DNA of 64,000 nucleotides from Candidatus Bathyarchaeota archaeon (GTDB lineage: Archaea > Thermoproteota > Bathyarchaeia > Bathyarchaeales > Bathycorpusculaceae). A program made the translations under genes and the position numbers. Location of the stretch: contig CAVYES010000006.1 in NCBI GenBank assembly GCA_963767735.1, positions 192,001 to 256,000 on the forward strand. Direction: 5' to 3'. Positions 10,269-21,486 of the stretch are shown piece after piece; within the stretch, counting starts at the first letter, position 1; each line of letters begins with the position of its first letter. The notes beneath the pieces are model-generated. The model worked only from the letters and a program-made list of their open reading frames with translations, made no database searches and was not told the origin of the DNA.

Positions 10269-11482
10269 TTGGGCATCAAAGTAACAAGCAGAGCCTCAAA
10301 CATCGAATACGCCATACGAGACGTTATAGTGCACACTAAACAGTTAATCAAAGACGGCAAAAAAATCTATTACCTCAACATCGGCGACCCTGCAGCTTTT
10401 GATTTTAAAACCCCACAAAACGTTAAAGATGCCCTATGCGCGGCGATTCAGAAAGATGATAATTACTATTCTCCTTCAGAAGGCAGGTTAGACCTCAGAG
10501 AAGCAATCGTTCGAAAAGAAAAAAAAGTCAACAACGTCAACGTTACAGTAGATGACGTGCTGGTGACTGAGGGGATTTCTGAGGGCATTCAGATGATTCT
10601 TGGCGCTCTCGTCGAAAAAGGTGATGAAATCCTTTTTCCAGGTCCAACTTATCCGCCCTACATTTCTTATACACGATTTTTTGACGGAAACCTGTCTCCT
10701 ACGAAACAATCGAGGATGAAGCTTGGCATCCAAACATAGATGATTTAAGGAGCAAAATTACCAATAAGACACGTGCCATAGTAATCATTAACCCTAACAA
10801 TCCAACAGGTTCAGTTTATGATCGAAAAACAATTAAAGCGATTCTTGATATTGCGGGCGAACATAATTTGCCTGTGCTGTCGGATGAGATTTATGACCAG
10901 TTAACATACGAGAAAGAATTCGTCAGCGCAGCACACATATCTAAAGATGTTCCCGTTGTCGGGTTAAACGGGTTCTCCAAAGTTTACTCCATGACAGGGT
11001 TGCGTTTAGGCTACATGTACTTCAAAGGCGAAGGCAAAAGGCTTGAAGCACTTAAGGCGGGCGTTGAAAAAGAATGCCGAATCCGCATTTGCGCCAATAC
11101 ACCTGTGCAGATAGCGGCAACTGCGGCGCTCAATGGACCCCAAGACTGCATTAAAGACATCGTTGACCGCCTCCGAGAGAGACGCGACTTCTCGTGGAAA
11201 CGACTAAATGAAATCGAAGGCATAAGCACCACCAAACCCGAAGGCGCATTCTACATATTCCCAAAAATCCAAGGCATCGGCACAAGATGGAAAACCGACA
11301 TGGACTTCGTCGTTGAATTGCTCAAAGAAACAGGCGTACTCATCGTTAACGGCTCAGGCTTCGACCCAGTCTACGGCAAAGGACACGCAAGAATAGTATT
11401 CCTGCCGCCGATTGAAGAGTTGGATGAAGCCTACAACGCCCTAGAAACATTCATGAAGAAAAACAAAAGCAAAAAGCCCTAA
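10269..11482 (+). CDS. Class I/II PLP aminotransferase (AlaA-like), frameshift near 10690
   Basis: YAIRD, LNIGDP, INPNNPTG (in the gap frame), SDEIYD, NGFSKVYSMTGLRLGY. Confidence 0.85.
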
Positions 11483-11641
11483 TATCATGCTCACGTTCGC
11501 TTTTCTCATTCACATTCTGACCATAAAAAGAAGACCCTCCCTTCTGCTTCAATTTAGATAGCGAAATCCGCCAGCTAAATTGATACCCTATCCCCGGATA
11601 AAGCTAAAGCAACAAATCAGTTTTTTTAAAGAAATAGAGAA

Positions 11642-12553
11642 TTAAATTTTGATGCCTTGTGTTGGGTCTTCGATTACTTTTTGGAACTCCGCCATGAGCT
11701 TCTTTGTGATTGGTCCGGGTTTGCCTGTGCCGATTTGGCGTTTGTTGACTTCTCGTATGGGCACCATTTCCATTGCTGTTCCAGTGAAGAAGGCTTCGTC
11801 AGCAGTGAACACCATAAACGGCGTTAGGTTGGTTACTGTTAGTTTTATGCCAAGTTTTGCCGCAATTTTCTCTGTGACTTCAGCGGTGATGCCTGCAAGG
11901 GCGCCTGTTGAGGTAGGCGGGGTTAATAATTCGCCGTTTTTCACGATGAAAATGTTTTCGCCTACGCCTTCAGCTACGCAACCGTTGCTTTCAAGGCAGA
12001 TGGCTTCGTCCACGCCGTTTGCGTTTGCCTCGATTTTTGCCAGGACGCTGTTTAGGTAGTTGAGTGATTTTATTTCGTGCGAGGTTGCGTCCACGGGGTT
12101 TCGTCTCACCCACGAGAACATCGTGGTGATTCCGTTCTCTTTCGCACCAGTTACATGCAGCACAATTTTGTCGGTTATGATTATTACTGAGGGTTTGGGG
12201 CATTTGCGCGGGTCCAATCCAAGGTCGCCGACGCCTCTGGTAACTACTAAGCGAATGTATGAGTCTTTCAGCTTGTTTTTTCGCAGGGTTTCAACGACGG
12301 CTTGGGTCATTTCCTCTTTAGTTAAGGGAATCTTCAGCATCAGCACGTGTGCTGAACGGTACAGGCGGTCAATGTGCTCTTTAAGTTTAAAGACAACGCA
12401 GTTGTATTCGCGGATTCCCTCAAAAACGCCGTCGCCGTAGAGGAGTCCATGGTCAAACACGGATATTTTAGCCTCTGATTTAGGATAATATTCGCCGTCA
12501 ACGTAAACTACCAATTCACTCCATACGTTCTCACTCGTCACTAGCTGTTTCAT
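11642..12553 (-). CDS. ilvE: Branched-chain amino acid aminotransferase
   Basis: DHGLLYGDGVFEGIR, KSLNYLN, EGVGENIF, GALAGIT. Confidence 0.93.
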   Translation of the reverse strand: MKQLVTSENVWSELVVYVDGEYYPKSEAKISVFDHGLLYGDGVFEGIREYNCVVFKLKEHIDRLYRSAHVLMLKIPLTKEEMTQAVVETLRKNKLKDSYIRLVVTRGVGDLGLDPRKCPKPSVIIITDKIVLHVTGAKENGITTMFSWVRRNPVDATSHEIKSLNYLNSVLAKIEANANGVDEAICLESNGCVAEGVGENIFIVKNGELLTPPTSTGALAGITAEVTEKIAAKLGIKLTVTNLTPFMVFTADEAFFTGTAMEMVPIREVNKRQIGTGKPGPITKKLMAEFQKVIEDPTQGIKI

Positions 12554-12605
12554 ATTATTCGATTATTTGATATAGTTTACGTCAATGATACGTATAATTC
12601 GTTTA

Positions 12606-14507
12606 TCAACCGTGAAACTGTGGTCTTTTGGATAGGTAAAGCGGCAGCGGCAAAGGCTTGAAAGGTTTGCCAGCGATTTTCTCAGACACTTTCGCTATTA
12701 ACTGTTCAGTGGTCATGTTTAGCTGTTGACCCTTAAGCTCACGGTCACGAACCGAAAGCATCCCTGACTCAACTTCTTTTTCGCCGACAACAACAATGTA
12801 TGGAACCCATTCCTGCTCGGCTTCACGGATCTTCTTCTGCAACGTCGATGCGCTATCGTCAATGTCAACGCGGATGCAGTGAGACGCAATTTGCTTGGCA
12901 AGTTCCTCCAGCTTATCCAGAAACTTGTCTGATATTGGAATAAGCCTCACCTGCGTTGGGGAAAGCCAAAGCGGAAGCATCGGTGCTTTACCCGCCATCT
13001 GTTCACGGTAAGCCTTCTCCAGCAGCGCGTAGATGTCTCGTTCGATGGCGCCGCTCGGGCTGAACAGTGCAGAATCAGCGGGTACTGTTTTTCGCCTTTC
13101 TCGTCAACATAGGTTATTTCGTAGCGTTTGGCGTTTTCCACGTCGATTTGGTCTGTTGCTCAGTGCAGCGGCTTTGTCTTGGTTGTCGACGAAGTTGAGG
13201 TCCCATTTGAGCACGAAGTAGAAGAAGCGTTCGTTCCATACTTCAGCCAGCATAGGTTTGCCATATGCTTTTGCGATTTCAGTGATGAACTCTTTATGTT
13301 CATCGTAGAAGCTTCTTGTGAAGCGCATGGCTATTTCGTAGTCATCTTTTACAAGTCCAATGTTGCCTAGAACGTCTATGCAGAGGTTAAAGCGAACCAT
13401 GAATTCTTTCTTTGCTTGATCAAGGTCAGCGCACAAGGCATGGCAGTCCGGCATTGTAAAGGCTCTTAGGCGTTTTAAGCCAACAACTTCGCCGCTTTTC
13501 TCGCGCCTAAAACTGTAACGCGTCAACTCGTAGAGTTTGATAGGTAGCTGTTTGTAGCTTATTTGAGCGTCGTGAGCCATGAGGAATTGGCCGAAGCATG
13601 CGGCAAAACGCAGGAAAAGCTCTTTATCTTCAGATTTAAGCGTGTACTGGCGCGCTGGGAAACGGTTTAAGTAGCTTTTGAGGCTAGGATGGTTGAAGTC
13701 ATACATGATGGGTGTTTCAACTTCCATGCCGCCGTAAGCAGCCACCCGCAAGGTAACGTATTGCTCCAGCAGAGACTTAATCATGCGTCCTTTGGGGTAC
13801 CACCGAATGTTGCCCGGGTCACTTCCCGGCTCATAATCCGCTATTTCCAGCCTCTTCATCAAAGGCACATGCGGAGGCATCTGAGTCACTGCCCGAGCCT
13901 TCTTAATTTCATACTGAGAAAACTTTTGCAGATTAGTATGTCCTTTGAATTTGAATTCTTCAATCGGCACCAGTGAGCCGTCAGGCAAAAGAACATGCCA
14001 GAAAGACTGCATTTTATCCTCAGCTTTCAACGCTGCCGAAACAGGTTCTTCCTCTTTTTTGCATACGCCCTCAGCTTTCGCCTCGGATTCAATTGGCGTT
14101 GGCGCGTAGGAACGTGCTTGTTCAGCAAGCGGGTGCCCCTTTATGGAGATGGTGAATTGCTTGTTCCAGCCAAATGGAGCGCGGTACGTTTCGATTCCTT
14201 TTTCTTTAGCGTAGGCTTCCATGGCTTTTATGGTTTTGAGGGCTTCGCTTGGGTTGCTGAGGTTGCTGCTTAAATGAGCAAAGGGGTAAATTAGGATGCG
14301 GTTGGTTTTCTGTTTACCCAGAAAAGCCCGGATATCGTCGACGGCTTTCTGCGCCGTCTGAATGTTGTCGCCTTCTTCTACGGCGACGAATAGTACTACG
14401 ACTTCCTCTATGCGGGTTTCTTTTTGTTCCGCTTCTTCGGCAATAGTAATTTCTTTTTGGACGGGTTTGAAAACTATAAAGTTAGAGTGTAATTGAAGTA
14501 TTCGCAT
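12606..14507 (-). CDS. thrS: Threonine--tRNA ligase, archaeal type with N-terminal editing domain; frameshifts near 13155 and 13060
   Basis: [63 protein letters not shown] spread over three frames. Confidence 0.95.
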
Positions 14508-14519
14508 AGCATATCACTC

Positions 14520-14729
14520 TTATGGGTGACCGTAACGCCACTTATCAATCGTTTTGTCTTTTTTCGTCTTTTTCTTGTATTCTTTATAGTGCTCTTTGCA
14601 AATGTAGGCACGCTTTTCTTTGCTGCTAACGCTCAAAACAGCTTTGGCTTTGTCAACAGATATTGAACGGGCAGCTTCCCTGCCGCAGCCTGACACACTG
14701 CATTTAACTCCCTTTTCCACGCGACCCAC
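14520..14729 (-). CDS. Small basic Zn-binding archaeal protein
   Basis: CSVSGC...YICKEHYKEYKK; GTG start, co-oriented upstream of thrS. Confidence 0.65.
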   Translation of the reverse strand: MGRVEKGVKCSVSGCGREAARSISVDKAKAVLSVSSKEKRAYICKEHYKEYKKKTKKDKTIDKWRYGHP

Positions 14730-14771
14730 AGTTAAAGCCTCATGCATTTTAGTTTACTACGTAAATATACA

Positions 14772-15695
14772 CTATTGCTTAAGTTCCTTTTCATACAAGG
14801 TTTTGGCTCTCCGATAAATTTCTTCTTTCGTGCCGAAATAAGTCGGCCCGATTCCTTCAACGACCAACGAAGCCGCCGCTGATCCGACGCAAGCACACCA
14901 CACCGAGTCTTTTTGGCGAAGGTACTCATTTAAGAAGCCGCCCATGAAAACGTCCCCTGCGCCTGTTGGGTCAACTACAACTTGTGAAGGACAAGCAGCA
15001 ATATTGAATTGAGCTCCCTCAACTGAGAGCACGGACCCTTTAGTGCCCATGGTGACGATGACGGTTTCAACCCCAACGTCGTGGATCGCCTTTATCGCTG
15101 CCTTCAATTCGGGTTCGCCCGTCAACGTGTAGATTTCGTTCAGTGATGACTTGTAAATGTTGATTAAACTAAATATCCTCGTGTCTAAGGAAGCGTTTTC
15201 TGTCACATTTCCTGCTTCGTCGAAGCTTCGAAGTAAACCCTGGGGATCAAGCGATAAAACTTCAGCGCAATGCTTGAGGTGCTCAACTACTTCGAACGAT
15301 ACTTCGTTAGCAATAGGGGCAATATGAATAGCTTTAGCCTGCAAATCAACTGGCACATCTGCCAAGCATATCGGGGAGCCTTTACTTTTCAATTTCAGCA
15401 CTCTTTCAGACAAATCCGCACTATAACTCAGCTCAAAACTCGTGGTGGATGCATCTTCAAGTTTAGTTACGCCTGAAACGTCGATTCCTTCCTGCCTTAG
15501 CCACCAAAGATAAGCTTCTGGAAAATTCCCGCCCACTTTGGAGATTATAGAAGCCGTTGCTCGCAAACGTTTAGCGGCAAATGAAGTGTACGCGGCAGAT
15601 CCGCCTAAAACAACAAACGGGGTTGTTCTGCTGGGCAACAGAATAGTGTCAATTGAGAGGTGACCAATAATCGCTACATCTACGTTTTGAATCAC
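14772..15695 (-). CDS. PfkB/ribokinase-family carbohydrate kinase
   Basis: LGGSAAY and VDPTGAGDVF signatures. Confidence 0.9.
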   Translation of the reverse strand: MIQNVDVAIIGHLSIDTILLPSRTTPFVVLGGSAAYTSFAAKRLRATASIISKVGGNFPEAYLWWLRQEGIDVSGVTKLEDASTTSFELSYSADLSERVLKLKSKGSPICLADVPVDLQAKAIHIAPIANEVSFEVVEHLKHCAEVLSLDPQGLLRSFDEAGNVTENASLDTRIFSLINIYKSSLNEIYTLTGEPELKAAIKAIHDVGVETVIVTMGTKGSVLSVEGAQFNIAACPSQVVVDPTGAGDVFMGGFLNEYLRQKDSVWCACVGSAAASLVVEGIGPTYFGTKEEIYRRAKTLYEKELKQ

Positions 15696-15754
15696 TGCCC
15701 AGCTCCCTTCATGACTAATAGGACATCGATGAGATATAAATAAAGATTAACAAA

Positions 15755-16135
15755 TCAAGATTGAAGTAGCAGTATAGCTTTCGCCAAATCTCCCTGGCAC
15801 CCTGAAAGAGCCTCTTTCGCCTTCTCTAAACTTTTGCCAGTTTGATCCGCCACCAACCTCACATCCTCCTCAGAAAACGCCGGCTGCACTGCCTTAGCGG
15901 TTTGGCGTTGAGACGAAGCTTGCTCTGAAACTTGACCGCCGATAACCTGATACATTTTTTGCCCTTGCACTTCCAAAATTGCCACTTCGGGTTCATCGAT
16001 AACTATGTCTTTGCCGCTTGTTTTAATCACGACTTGCTGAACGTCGGGAACCGAATCCATGTTCATTCCCATACGTTGCATCATTCGTTTTTGCTCCCTA
16101 GGATTCATACGTTTATGCGTAACCTTCACATCCAC
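15755..16135 (-). CDS. nac: Nascent polypeptide-associated complex protein
   Basis: MNPREQKRMMQRMGM NAC domain plus UBA-like tail EEDVRLVADQTG...GDLAKAIL. Confidence 0.92.
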   Translation of the reverse strand: MDVKVTHKRMNPREQKRMMQRMGMNMDSVPDVQQVVIKTSGKDIVIDEPEVAILEVQGQKMYQVIGGQVSEQASSQRQTAKAVQPAFSEEDVRLVADQTGKSLEKAKEALSGCQGDLAKAILLLQS

Positions 16136-16328
16136 CCAAGTATTCTACAGTAGAACTTCATAAACTTAACTTTCCTAAGCTGCCTTATCTGGGGAAAAAC
16201 AAAATTCAAACATAAATCAATCAAGGTGAACCTTACAGATTTTACTTCTTTATCTTAACGATGATAAAATTGGTACAGTTCTGGGGGAAAATTTAAGAGA
16301 AACCTAAACACCATTAAGGAACAAACTA

Positions 16329-17411
16329 TTGGTGGATAATGTGTATTGTCAAAATTGTGGTGCTCAACTCCCGGACGGCACAGCGTTCTGCAGTAAATGT
16401 GGAAAAAGCACGTCATTAAACGCTTCTAAGCCAACTTCGACGGCATCTGCCGGACCAGTGATTGCGCCTTCTGGAGTAGCATCGTTGAAGTGCCCTAGTT
16501 GCGGTGCGCCTATCGCGCCTAAGTTTGGGGAGATGGTTATAACTTGCCAATATTGTGGCAGCGGAGTTACCTTGGGAAGTCAAGGTTGGACTAACCTGCA
16601 GAAGCAGACAGTGCTCACCTTGAAGGTTGCAAACGTTGACCAAGCGAAAGCAATAATCAAACCTTTAGTGAACAAGGGTCTTTTGAACAGGCACCGCCTT
16701 GAGGACTCCAAGGAGGAGGAAATGAGCCTCACCTACGTGCCTTACTGGATAGTTAGCGTTTCTGCCCGCACAAGCATCACTGTTCCAAATCAAACCGCAC
16801 AGCTTGCACAGACCGCCACAAGCGCCGCGTTGATGGGCGTGATACTGGGCGGGTTGGCTGGCGGAGGAGGAGGCGGAGGAAGACGGGGCGGCGGCAGGGG
16901 AGGTAGACGCGCTTATGAAGGAGAATTTAGAGTAAGCGACTCGTTTGCCGGCATTCTTGGGTTGAAGCGGATAAGAATAATGGCTTTCGGAATGGGAATG
17001 GGCCGAGGCGGAGGACAAGGAAAAGCAGAGCAGATGGATGAGAACTATAATTTTCCTGTGATTGCGCTAAAGGCTATGCCTGATTATCAGCCACGAGACT
17101 TCCAGTTTAATCTCGAAGGCAGAGAACTGTTTGACATTTCTAAGCTACCTAAAAGCGTTAAAATCCTCAACGGCGACATCAGCGAAGACGGAGCTAAATC
17201 TCAAGCAAAAACGCTGGTTGATCAACTTCAATCACAAAAGGCACATGCAAAATATCAAACAATCTCGTCGATAAAAACTGATTGTGACGTTGGCGATGTA
17301 GAGTTGCTTCACGTTCCAGTATGGTTCGCAAAGTACGACCACAAAGGAAAAAAGATTGTGCTGGTTATCGACGCTAACTCTGGCAGAGTAATCAACAGCC
17401 TCGGACTATAA
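16329..17411 (+). CDS. Double zinc-ribbon protein with a Gly/Arg-rich low-complexity insert
   Basis: CQNC-CSKC and CPSC-CQYC ribbons; YVPYW and HVPVW motifs; GGGGGGGRRGGGRGGRR. Confidence 0.7.
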   Translation: MVDNVYCQNCGAQLPDGTAFCSKCGKSTSLNASKPTSTASAGPVIAPSGVASLKCPSCGAPIAPKFGEMVITCQYCGSGVTLGSQGWTNLQKQTVLTLKVANVDQAKAIIKPLVNKGLLNRHRLEDSKEEEMSLTYVPYWIVSVSARTSITVPNQTAQLAQTATSAALMGVILGGLAGGGGGGGRRGGGRGGRRAYEGEFRVSDSFAGILGLKRIRIMAFGMGMGRGGGQGKAEQMDENYNFPVIALKAMPDYQPRDFQFNLEGRELFDISKLPKSVKILNGDISEDGAKSQAKTLVDQLQSQKAHAKYQTISSIKTDCDVGDVELLHVPVWFAKYDHKGKKIVLVIDANSGRVINSLGL

Positions 17412-17459
17412 CACCGCTGTTTACAGATGTCTGCTTATTGAAAAGCTCCAGCTAAACGT

Positions 17460-17496
17460 AGAAGAAGAAAAATGGTTTTTTCGGTCTTCTTCTTTT
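17460..17496. terminator. Inverted repeat between convergent genes
   Basis: AGAAGAAGA...TCTTCTTCT followed by a T-run. Confidence 0.4.
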
Positions 17497-17501
17497 GATG
17501 T

Positions 17502-17969
17502 TCAACTTTCCCTGCAGCCATGCCGCACCTTAACGGCTACGCCTGTTTTAAAAGCAGTCATCTCCACGCTTGAAAGCAAAGCGCGCCCAACAGCCAAAAC
17601 GTTTCCTGCCTCGTCTTCGACAACCACTTCCTCTTTGGCGCGAATTTCATCGTCAACTTTGACCACATGAACGGCAAAAACATCGCCGCCCTGGGCGATG
17701 AACTTTGAAACGCCGTTTTGCACCGTCACGAAGCATGGGGTGGAAGACAAATTTTCAGCTATAAACTTGGCTGCTTTGATGCTGAGTGAAAGCATCCCAT
17801 CGGTGGGGCGCAACGTGGCTAATCTTTCGCCGTTTAAGTTAATGAAGCGTATTCTGCCTGTTCGCGGTGAAAGCTGTATTTCAACGTTTTCTGGGAACAG
17901 TTTTTCGCCGACTCCTTTTCCAAACTGGTAGTCGGCAATTGTCCTTACTTTGCCAAGTATGTTCTCCAC
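17502..17969 (-). CDS. PUA-domain protein related to the archaeosine TGT C-terminal region
   Basis: IADYQFGKG, GRIRFI..GERLATLRPTDG, DVFAVHV, LAVGRALLS..EM..FKTGVAVKVR. Confidence 0.85.
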   Translation of the reverse strand: MENILGKVRTIADYQFGKGVGEKLFPENVEIQLSPRTGRIRFINLNGERLATLRPTDGMLSLSIKAAKFIAENLSSTPCFVTVQNGVSKFIAQGGDVFAVHVVKVDDEIRAKEEVVVEDEAGNVLAVGRALLSSVEMTAFKTGVAVKVRHGCRES

Positions 17970-18051
17970 GTTTTCACCATCGTTTGCTTTTTGTTTTCGA
18001 CAAGTATAAACATAACAAGATAATAAAGAAAGTGAAAGGTGAAAGTTTACA

Positions 18052-18582
18052 TTGAGATGTGAAGTCTGCGGACACAAAATTCATGATGAACCAATAACGG
18101 CAGTAATTGAAGGAGCCAGACTAACCGTATGCGTGGAGTGCTCAAAGCATGGTAAAATAATCCATCAAGAAGAGGTAGCTGTTCCTCAAAAAAACCTCAA
18201 AAAATCACAGGTTCCTGTTTCCATGGTTCAAAGAAAACCTGTTGTTGCTAAAGTGGAAATCACACAGGAAATCACCGAGGACTATGCGACTAAAATACGT
18301 GTGGCTCGGGAAAAGCTGGGTCTTACCCATGAGGAGCTGGGCAAGAAAATAAACGAGAAGGCTTCAGTTTTAAGAAATCTTGAAGTTGGCAAAATGTCTC
18401 CAAACAACCAGTTAGCCTCAAAGCTTGAGCACATGTTAAAAATCAAGCTGCTTGTTCCCATCTCAGAAGAAAAAGTTCCCCCTCCAACCTCAAAATCCGC
18501 CAACCAAGAAATAACCTTGGGAGACCTCATCGAGATAGACAGTAAAGACGAGGAGGCGGCTGCCAAACGAAAGCCGTCATAG
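18052..18582 (+). CDS. mbf1: Archaeal multiprotein bridging factor (Zn ribbon + HTH)
   Basis: CEVCG...VCVECSKHG; IRVAREKLGLTHEELGKKINEK; TLGD. Confidence 0.9.
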   Translation: MRCEVCGHKIHDEPITAVIEGARLTVCVECSKHGKIIHQEEVAVPQKNLKKSQVPVSMVQRKPVVAKVEITQEITEDYATKIRVAREKLGLTHEELGKKINEKASVLRNLEVGKMSPNNQLASKLEHMLKIKLLVPISEEKVPPPTSKSANQEITLGDLIEIDSKDEEAAAKRKPS

Positions 18583-19838
18583 TTCAGCGTAGGCTGAACC
18601 GTGAAGAGTCAAGTTTAGATGAGCTTAAAAGATTAGCAGAAGCGGCCGGATACACTGTAGTCGCCACATTGGAACAAACCCGACCGCCAGATGCACGGTA
18701 TCAAATAGGCGCTGGAAAAGTCGAAGAACTCACCCAGATGGTGGATGAAACAGGCGCTCAAAAAGTAATTTTTGACAACCAACTGAAAACTCGCCAAACC
18801 TACAATCTGGCAAAAGCAACCCATGTTGAAGTCATTGATCGATTTCAGCTTATACTTGAGCTCTTCAATAGGAGAGCGACTACAACTGAAGCCCAACTTC
18901 AGATTCAGTTGGCTACACTGCGAAATGAACTCAAGCATGCCAGGGAAAAAGTACGATTAGCGAAAGGAAGCGAGCAGCCTGGTTTTATGGGCCTTGGAGC
19001 ATACGAAGCAGACGTCTATCGTGATGCCATAAAGCGGCAGGTCCAAACCATTCTCCAGAAACTTGAAAAAATTCGCGAAAAAAGGGTTCTGCATCGGGAG
19101 CGGCGAACAGAGCTTGGCTTATTGACTATTTCGCTTGCCGGATACACGAAGTCGGGAAAAAGCTCTTTGTTTAATGCTTTAACCGAAGAAACCGTCGAAG
19201 TTGACAAAGCATTATTCACCACTCTTTCCACAACCACGCGGATGGTAGAGTTTTCGAACCGCAAGTTTCTTTTAACCGATACCGTTGGCTTCATTGACCG
19301 TTTACCCATATCGCTGATTGAAGCGTTTCATTCTACTCTTGAAGAAACAATTTTTTCAGACCTAATAATACTAATGTTAGATTTAAGTGAGCCAATAGAA
19401 AAAATTGAAAAGAAACTCAATGTTTGCAATGAAACAATCGACCGTCTTGGAGCATCAGGTATACCAACCATAACTGCTCTAAACAAAATTGACTTAATTA
19501 ACGAAGCTGAAGTAAATCAAAAACTCGAAGCCCTCAAAGACAAAATTAAGAAGCCGATTCTCATGTCAGCAAAATGCAGAACAAACCTCGATCTGCTGAG
19601 AGAGGAAATACTGAGAATTCTGGAAAAATATGTTCAAGCCCAGTTTTCGGTTCCGCTAACCAACAGTGCCATGCCGTTTATTTCTTGGGTTCATGGAAAA
19701 ACAGAAGTCAAAAAAGAAGACTACACCAACGATTCAATCCAAGTGGTCTTTGAAGCTACCCCCGAGTTAACTGAGCAAGTGAGAAGAAAAGTGGAAGAGT
19801 TAAATGGCAAATTCACAACCAACCCAAAAACCAAGTGA
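18564..19838 (+). CDS. hflX: GTPase HflX (start uncertain)
   Basis: LAEAAGY upstream of the called start, QIGAGKVEEL, AGYTKSGKSS, LFTTL, DTVGFI, NKID. Confidence 0.92.
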   Translation, partial: QTKAVIVQRRLNREESSLDELKRLAEAAGYTVVATLEQTRPPDARYQIGAGKVEELTQMVDETGAQKVIFDNQLKTRQTYNLAKATHVEVIDRFQLILELFNRRATTTEAQLQIQLATLRNELKHAREKVRLAKGSEQPGFMGLGAYEADVYRDAIKRQVQTILQKLEKIREKRVLHRERRTELGLLTISLAGYTKSGKSSLFNALTEETVEVDKALFTTLSTTTRMVEFSNRKFLLTDTVGFIDRLPISLIEAFHSTLEETIFSDLIILMLDLSEPIEKIEKKLNVCNETIDRLGASGIPTITALNKIDLINEAEVNQKLEALKDKIKKPILMSAKCRTNLDLLREEILRILEKYVQAQFSVPLTNSAMPFISWVHGKTEVKKEDYTNDSIQVVFEATPELTEQVRRKVEELNGKFTTNPKTK

Positions 19839-20391
19839 CCCGCCCAAAATCGTGGTTTTAAGATGGGGGCACAGACCGCAGCGGGATGTGCGGTTAACTA
19901 CTCATGTCGCTTTAACTGCCCGGGCACTTTGCGCTTCAGGCTTTATACTTTCAGACGTAGAAGACTCAAGTATAGAGCAAACGGTAAAGAAGATAACCGC
20001 GCGTTGGGGCGGCACTTTCCAGTTTGAAATGGGCACTCTATGGAAAACCGTTATTCGCAACTGGAAAGCAAACGGCGGCGTCATCGTTCATTTAACGGCT
20101 TACGGCGAAAACATCCAAACAAGCGACGCTCTAAACAGAATAAAAAATTTAAACAAAGATGTCTTAGTCCTTGTTGGAAGCCAGAAAGTTCCAGGCGAAT
20201 TCTACTCAAGGGACGTATCAGACTTCAACGTCTCCATCGGGAATCAACCCCATTCAGAATGCTCAGCGCTTGCAATATTTTTGGACAGGTTTTTTGAGGG
20301 TAAAGAGCTTTCAAAGGATTTTGAAAAAGCCAAAATACGGATTGTTCCACAAGAAAGGGGAAAAGAAATCAAAACCGATGATGAATTTTAA
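19804..20391 (+). CDS. trm56: tRNA (cytidine56-2'-O)-methyltransferase
   Basis: LRWGHRPQRDVRLTTHVALTARA, VHLTAYG, GNQPHSE. Confidence 0.93.
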   Translation: MANSQPTQKPSDPPKIVVLRWGHRPQRDVRLTTHVALTARALCASGFILSDVEDSSIEQTVKKITARWGGTFQFEMGTLWKTVIRNWKANGGVIVHLTAYGENIQTSDALNRIKNLNKDVLVLVGSQKVPGEFYSRDVSDFNVSIGNQPHSECSALAIFLDRFFEGKELSKDFEKAKIRIVPQERGKEIKTDDEF

Positions 20392-20457
20392 TTTAAAAAG
20401 TAAGAAGAGTTTTATGGCAGCATGTTCCAATATTAGGGTATTAAAGGAACATAGAGT

Positions 20458-20970
20458 ATGTTATCGACTATTGATGATGCAACTTTAATTAAAGTAGCTA
20501 TGGCTTTAGGTGATGAAGAAGCTGTCCGATTAATTGAGTTCCTCAAAGGCGTAGAAGAAATAACGGACGACGAAATCGCCAACAAAACGGGTATCCGTCT
20601 AAACACCGTCCGCAAAATCCTCTACAAACTCTACGATCATTCGCTTGTAAGCCTCCGAAGAACACGGGACCCAAAAACAGGCTGGTTTATTTTTCACTGG
20701 AGACTTCAACCAGACCAGCTGGAAGGCTTTATTTTAAGCCAAAAACGTAGGGTTCTAGAGAAGCTAAATGTCCGCTTAGAATACGAAAAGAACCATGACT
20801 TCTACTATTGCGGCAGCCCAGAATGCAAACGAGTGCCTTTTGAAGAGGCTGTTGAACTAGTTTTTCACTGTTCCACCTGCAGCAAACCACTGGTGCATTC
20901 TGCAAACGAAAAAATGATAAGCAAACTATCTGAGAAAGTTGATACTTTAAGGAAGGAACTTGGTGAGTAA
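20458..20970 (+). CDS. tfe: Transcription factor E
   Basis: TDDEIA..TGIRLNTVRKILYKLY, TGWFIFHW, C-terminal Zn ribbon. Confidence 0.93.
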   Translation: MLSTIDDATLIKVAMALGDEEAVRLIEFLKGVEEITDDEIANKTGIRLNTVRKILYKLYDHSLVSLRRTRDPKTGWFIFHWRLQPDQLEGFILSQKRRVLEKLNVRLEYEKNHDFYYCGSPECKRVPFEEAVELVFHCSTCSKPLVHSANEKMISKLSEKVDTLRKELGE

Positions 20971-21484
20971 AGGGCTTCCTTCAAGGGAGCAAGCAATCGA
21001 GCTTCTACGCAAATACAACTCTTCACCCAAAGTCATCAAGCATTGCGAAGCCGTCGCAGACCTCGCTTTAGAAATCGGAGGCAAACTAGAAAACAAAGGC
21101 ATAACGGTTGACTTAAAACTCGTTGAAGCAGGTGCTCTTTTGCATGATATTGGCCGTTCAAAAAGCCACGCTGTTGACCACGGGGTTGCCGGCGCTAAGA
21201 TAGCTGAATCAGAAGGTTTACCCGAAGCGTTGGCTAGAATAATTAGGCGGCATGTTGGAGGCGGAATCACGGCTCAAGAAGCTGAGATGTTTGGTTGGCC
21301 AAAAGATGTTTATGAACCTGTGACTTTGGAGGAGAAAATTGTTTCCTACGCCGACAAGCTAATTGACGGCTCAAAAATAGTGTCGATTGACTTGGAGATT
21401 GAGCGACTTCAAGTAGAGCATAGGGATGCTGCGGAAAGAGTTAGAAAGCTCCATGAAGAAATAACCCGTCTGCTGGGAGATTAG
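20960..21484 (+). CDS. HD-domain protein (TIGR00295-like)
   Basis: HC..V, GALLHDIGRS, HVGGGI, TLEEKIVSYADKL. Confidence 0.85.
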   Translation: MVSKGLPSREQAIELLRKYNSSPKVIKHCEAVADLALEIGGKLENKGITVDLKLVEAGALLHDIGRSKSHAVDHGVAGAKIAESEGLPEALARIIRRHVGGGITAQEAEMFGWPKDVYEPVTLEEKIVSYADKLIDGSKIVSIDLEIERLQVEHRDAAERVRKLHEEITRLLGD

Positions 21485-21486
21485 AA

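Noticed and set aside
12606-14507. Split or pseudogenised ThrRS, or programmed frameshifting
   Set aside because: All motifs are present in order, and indels occur throughout the window
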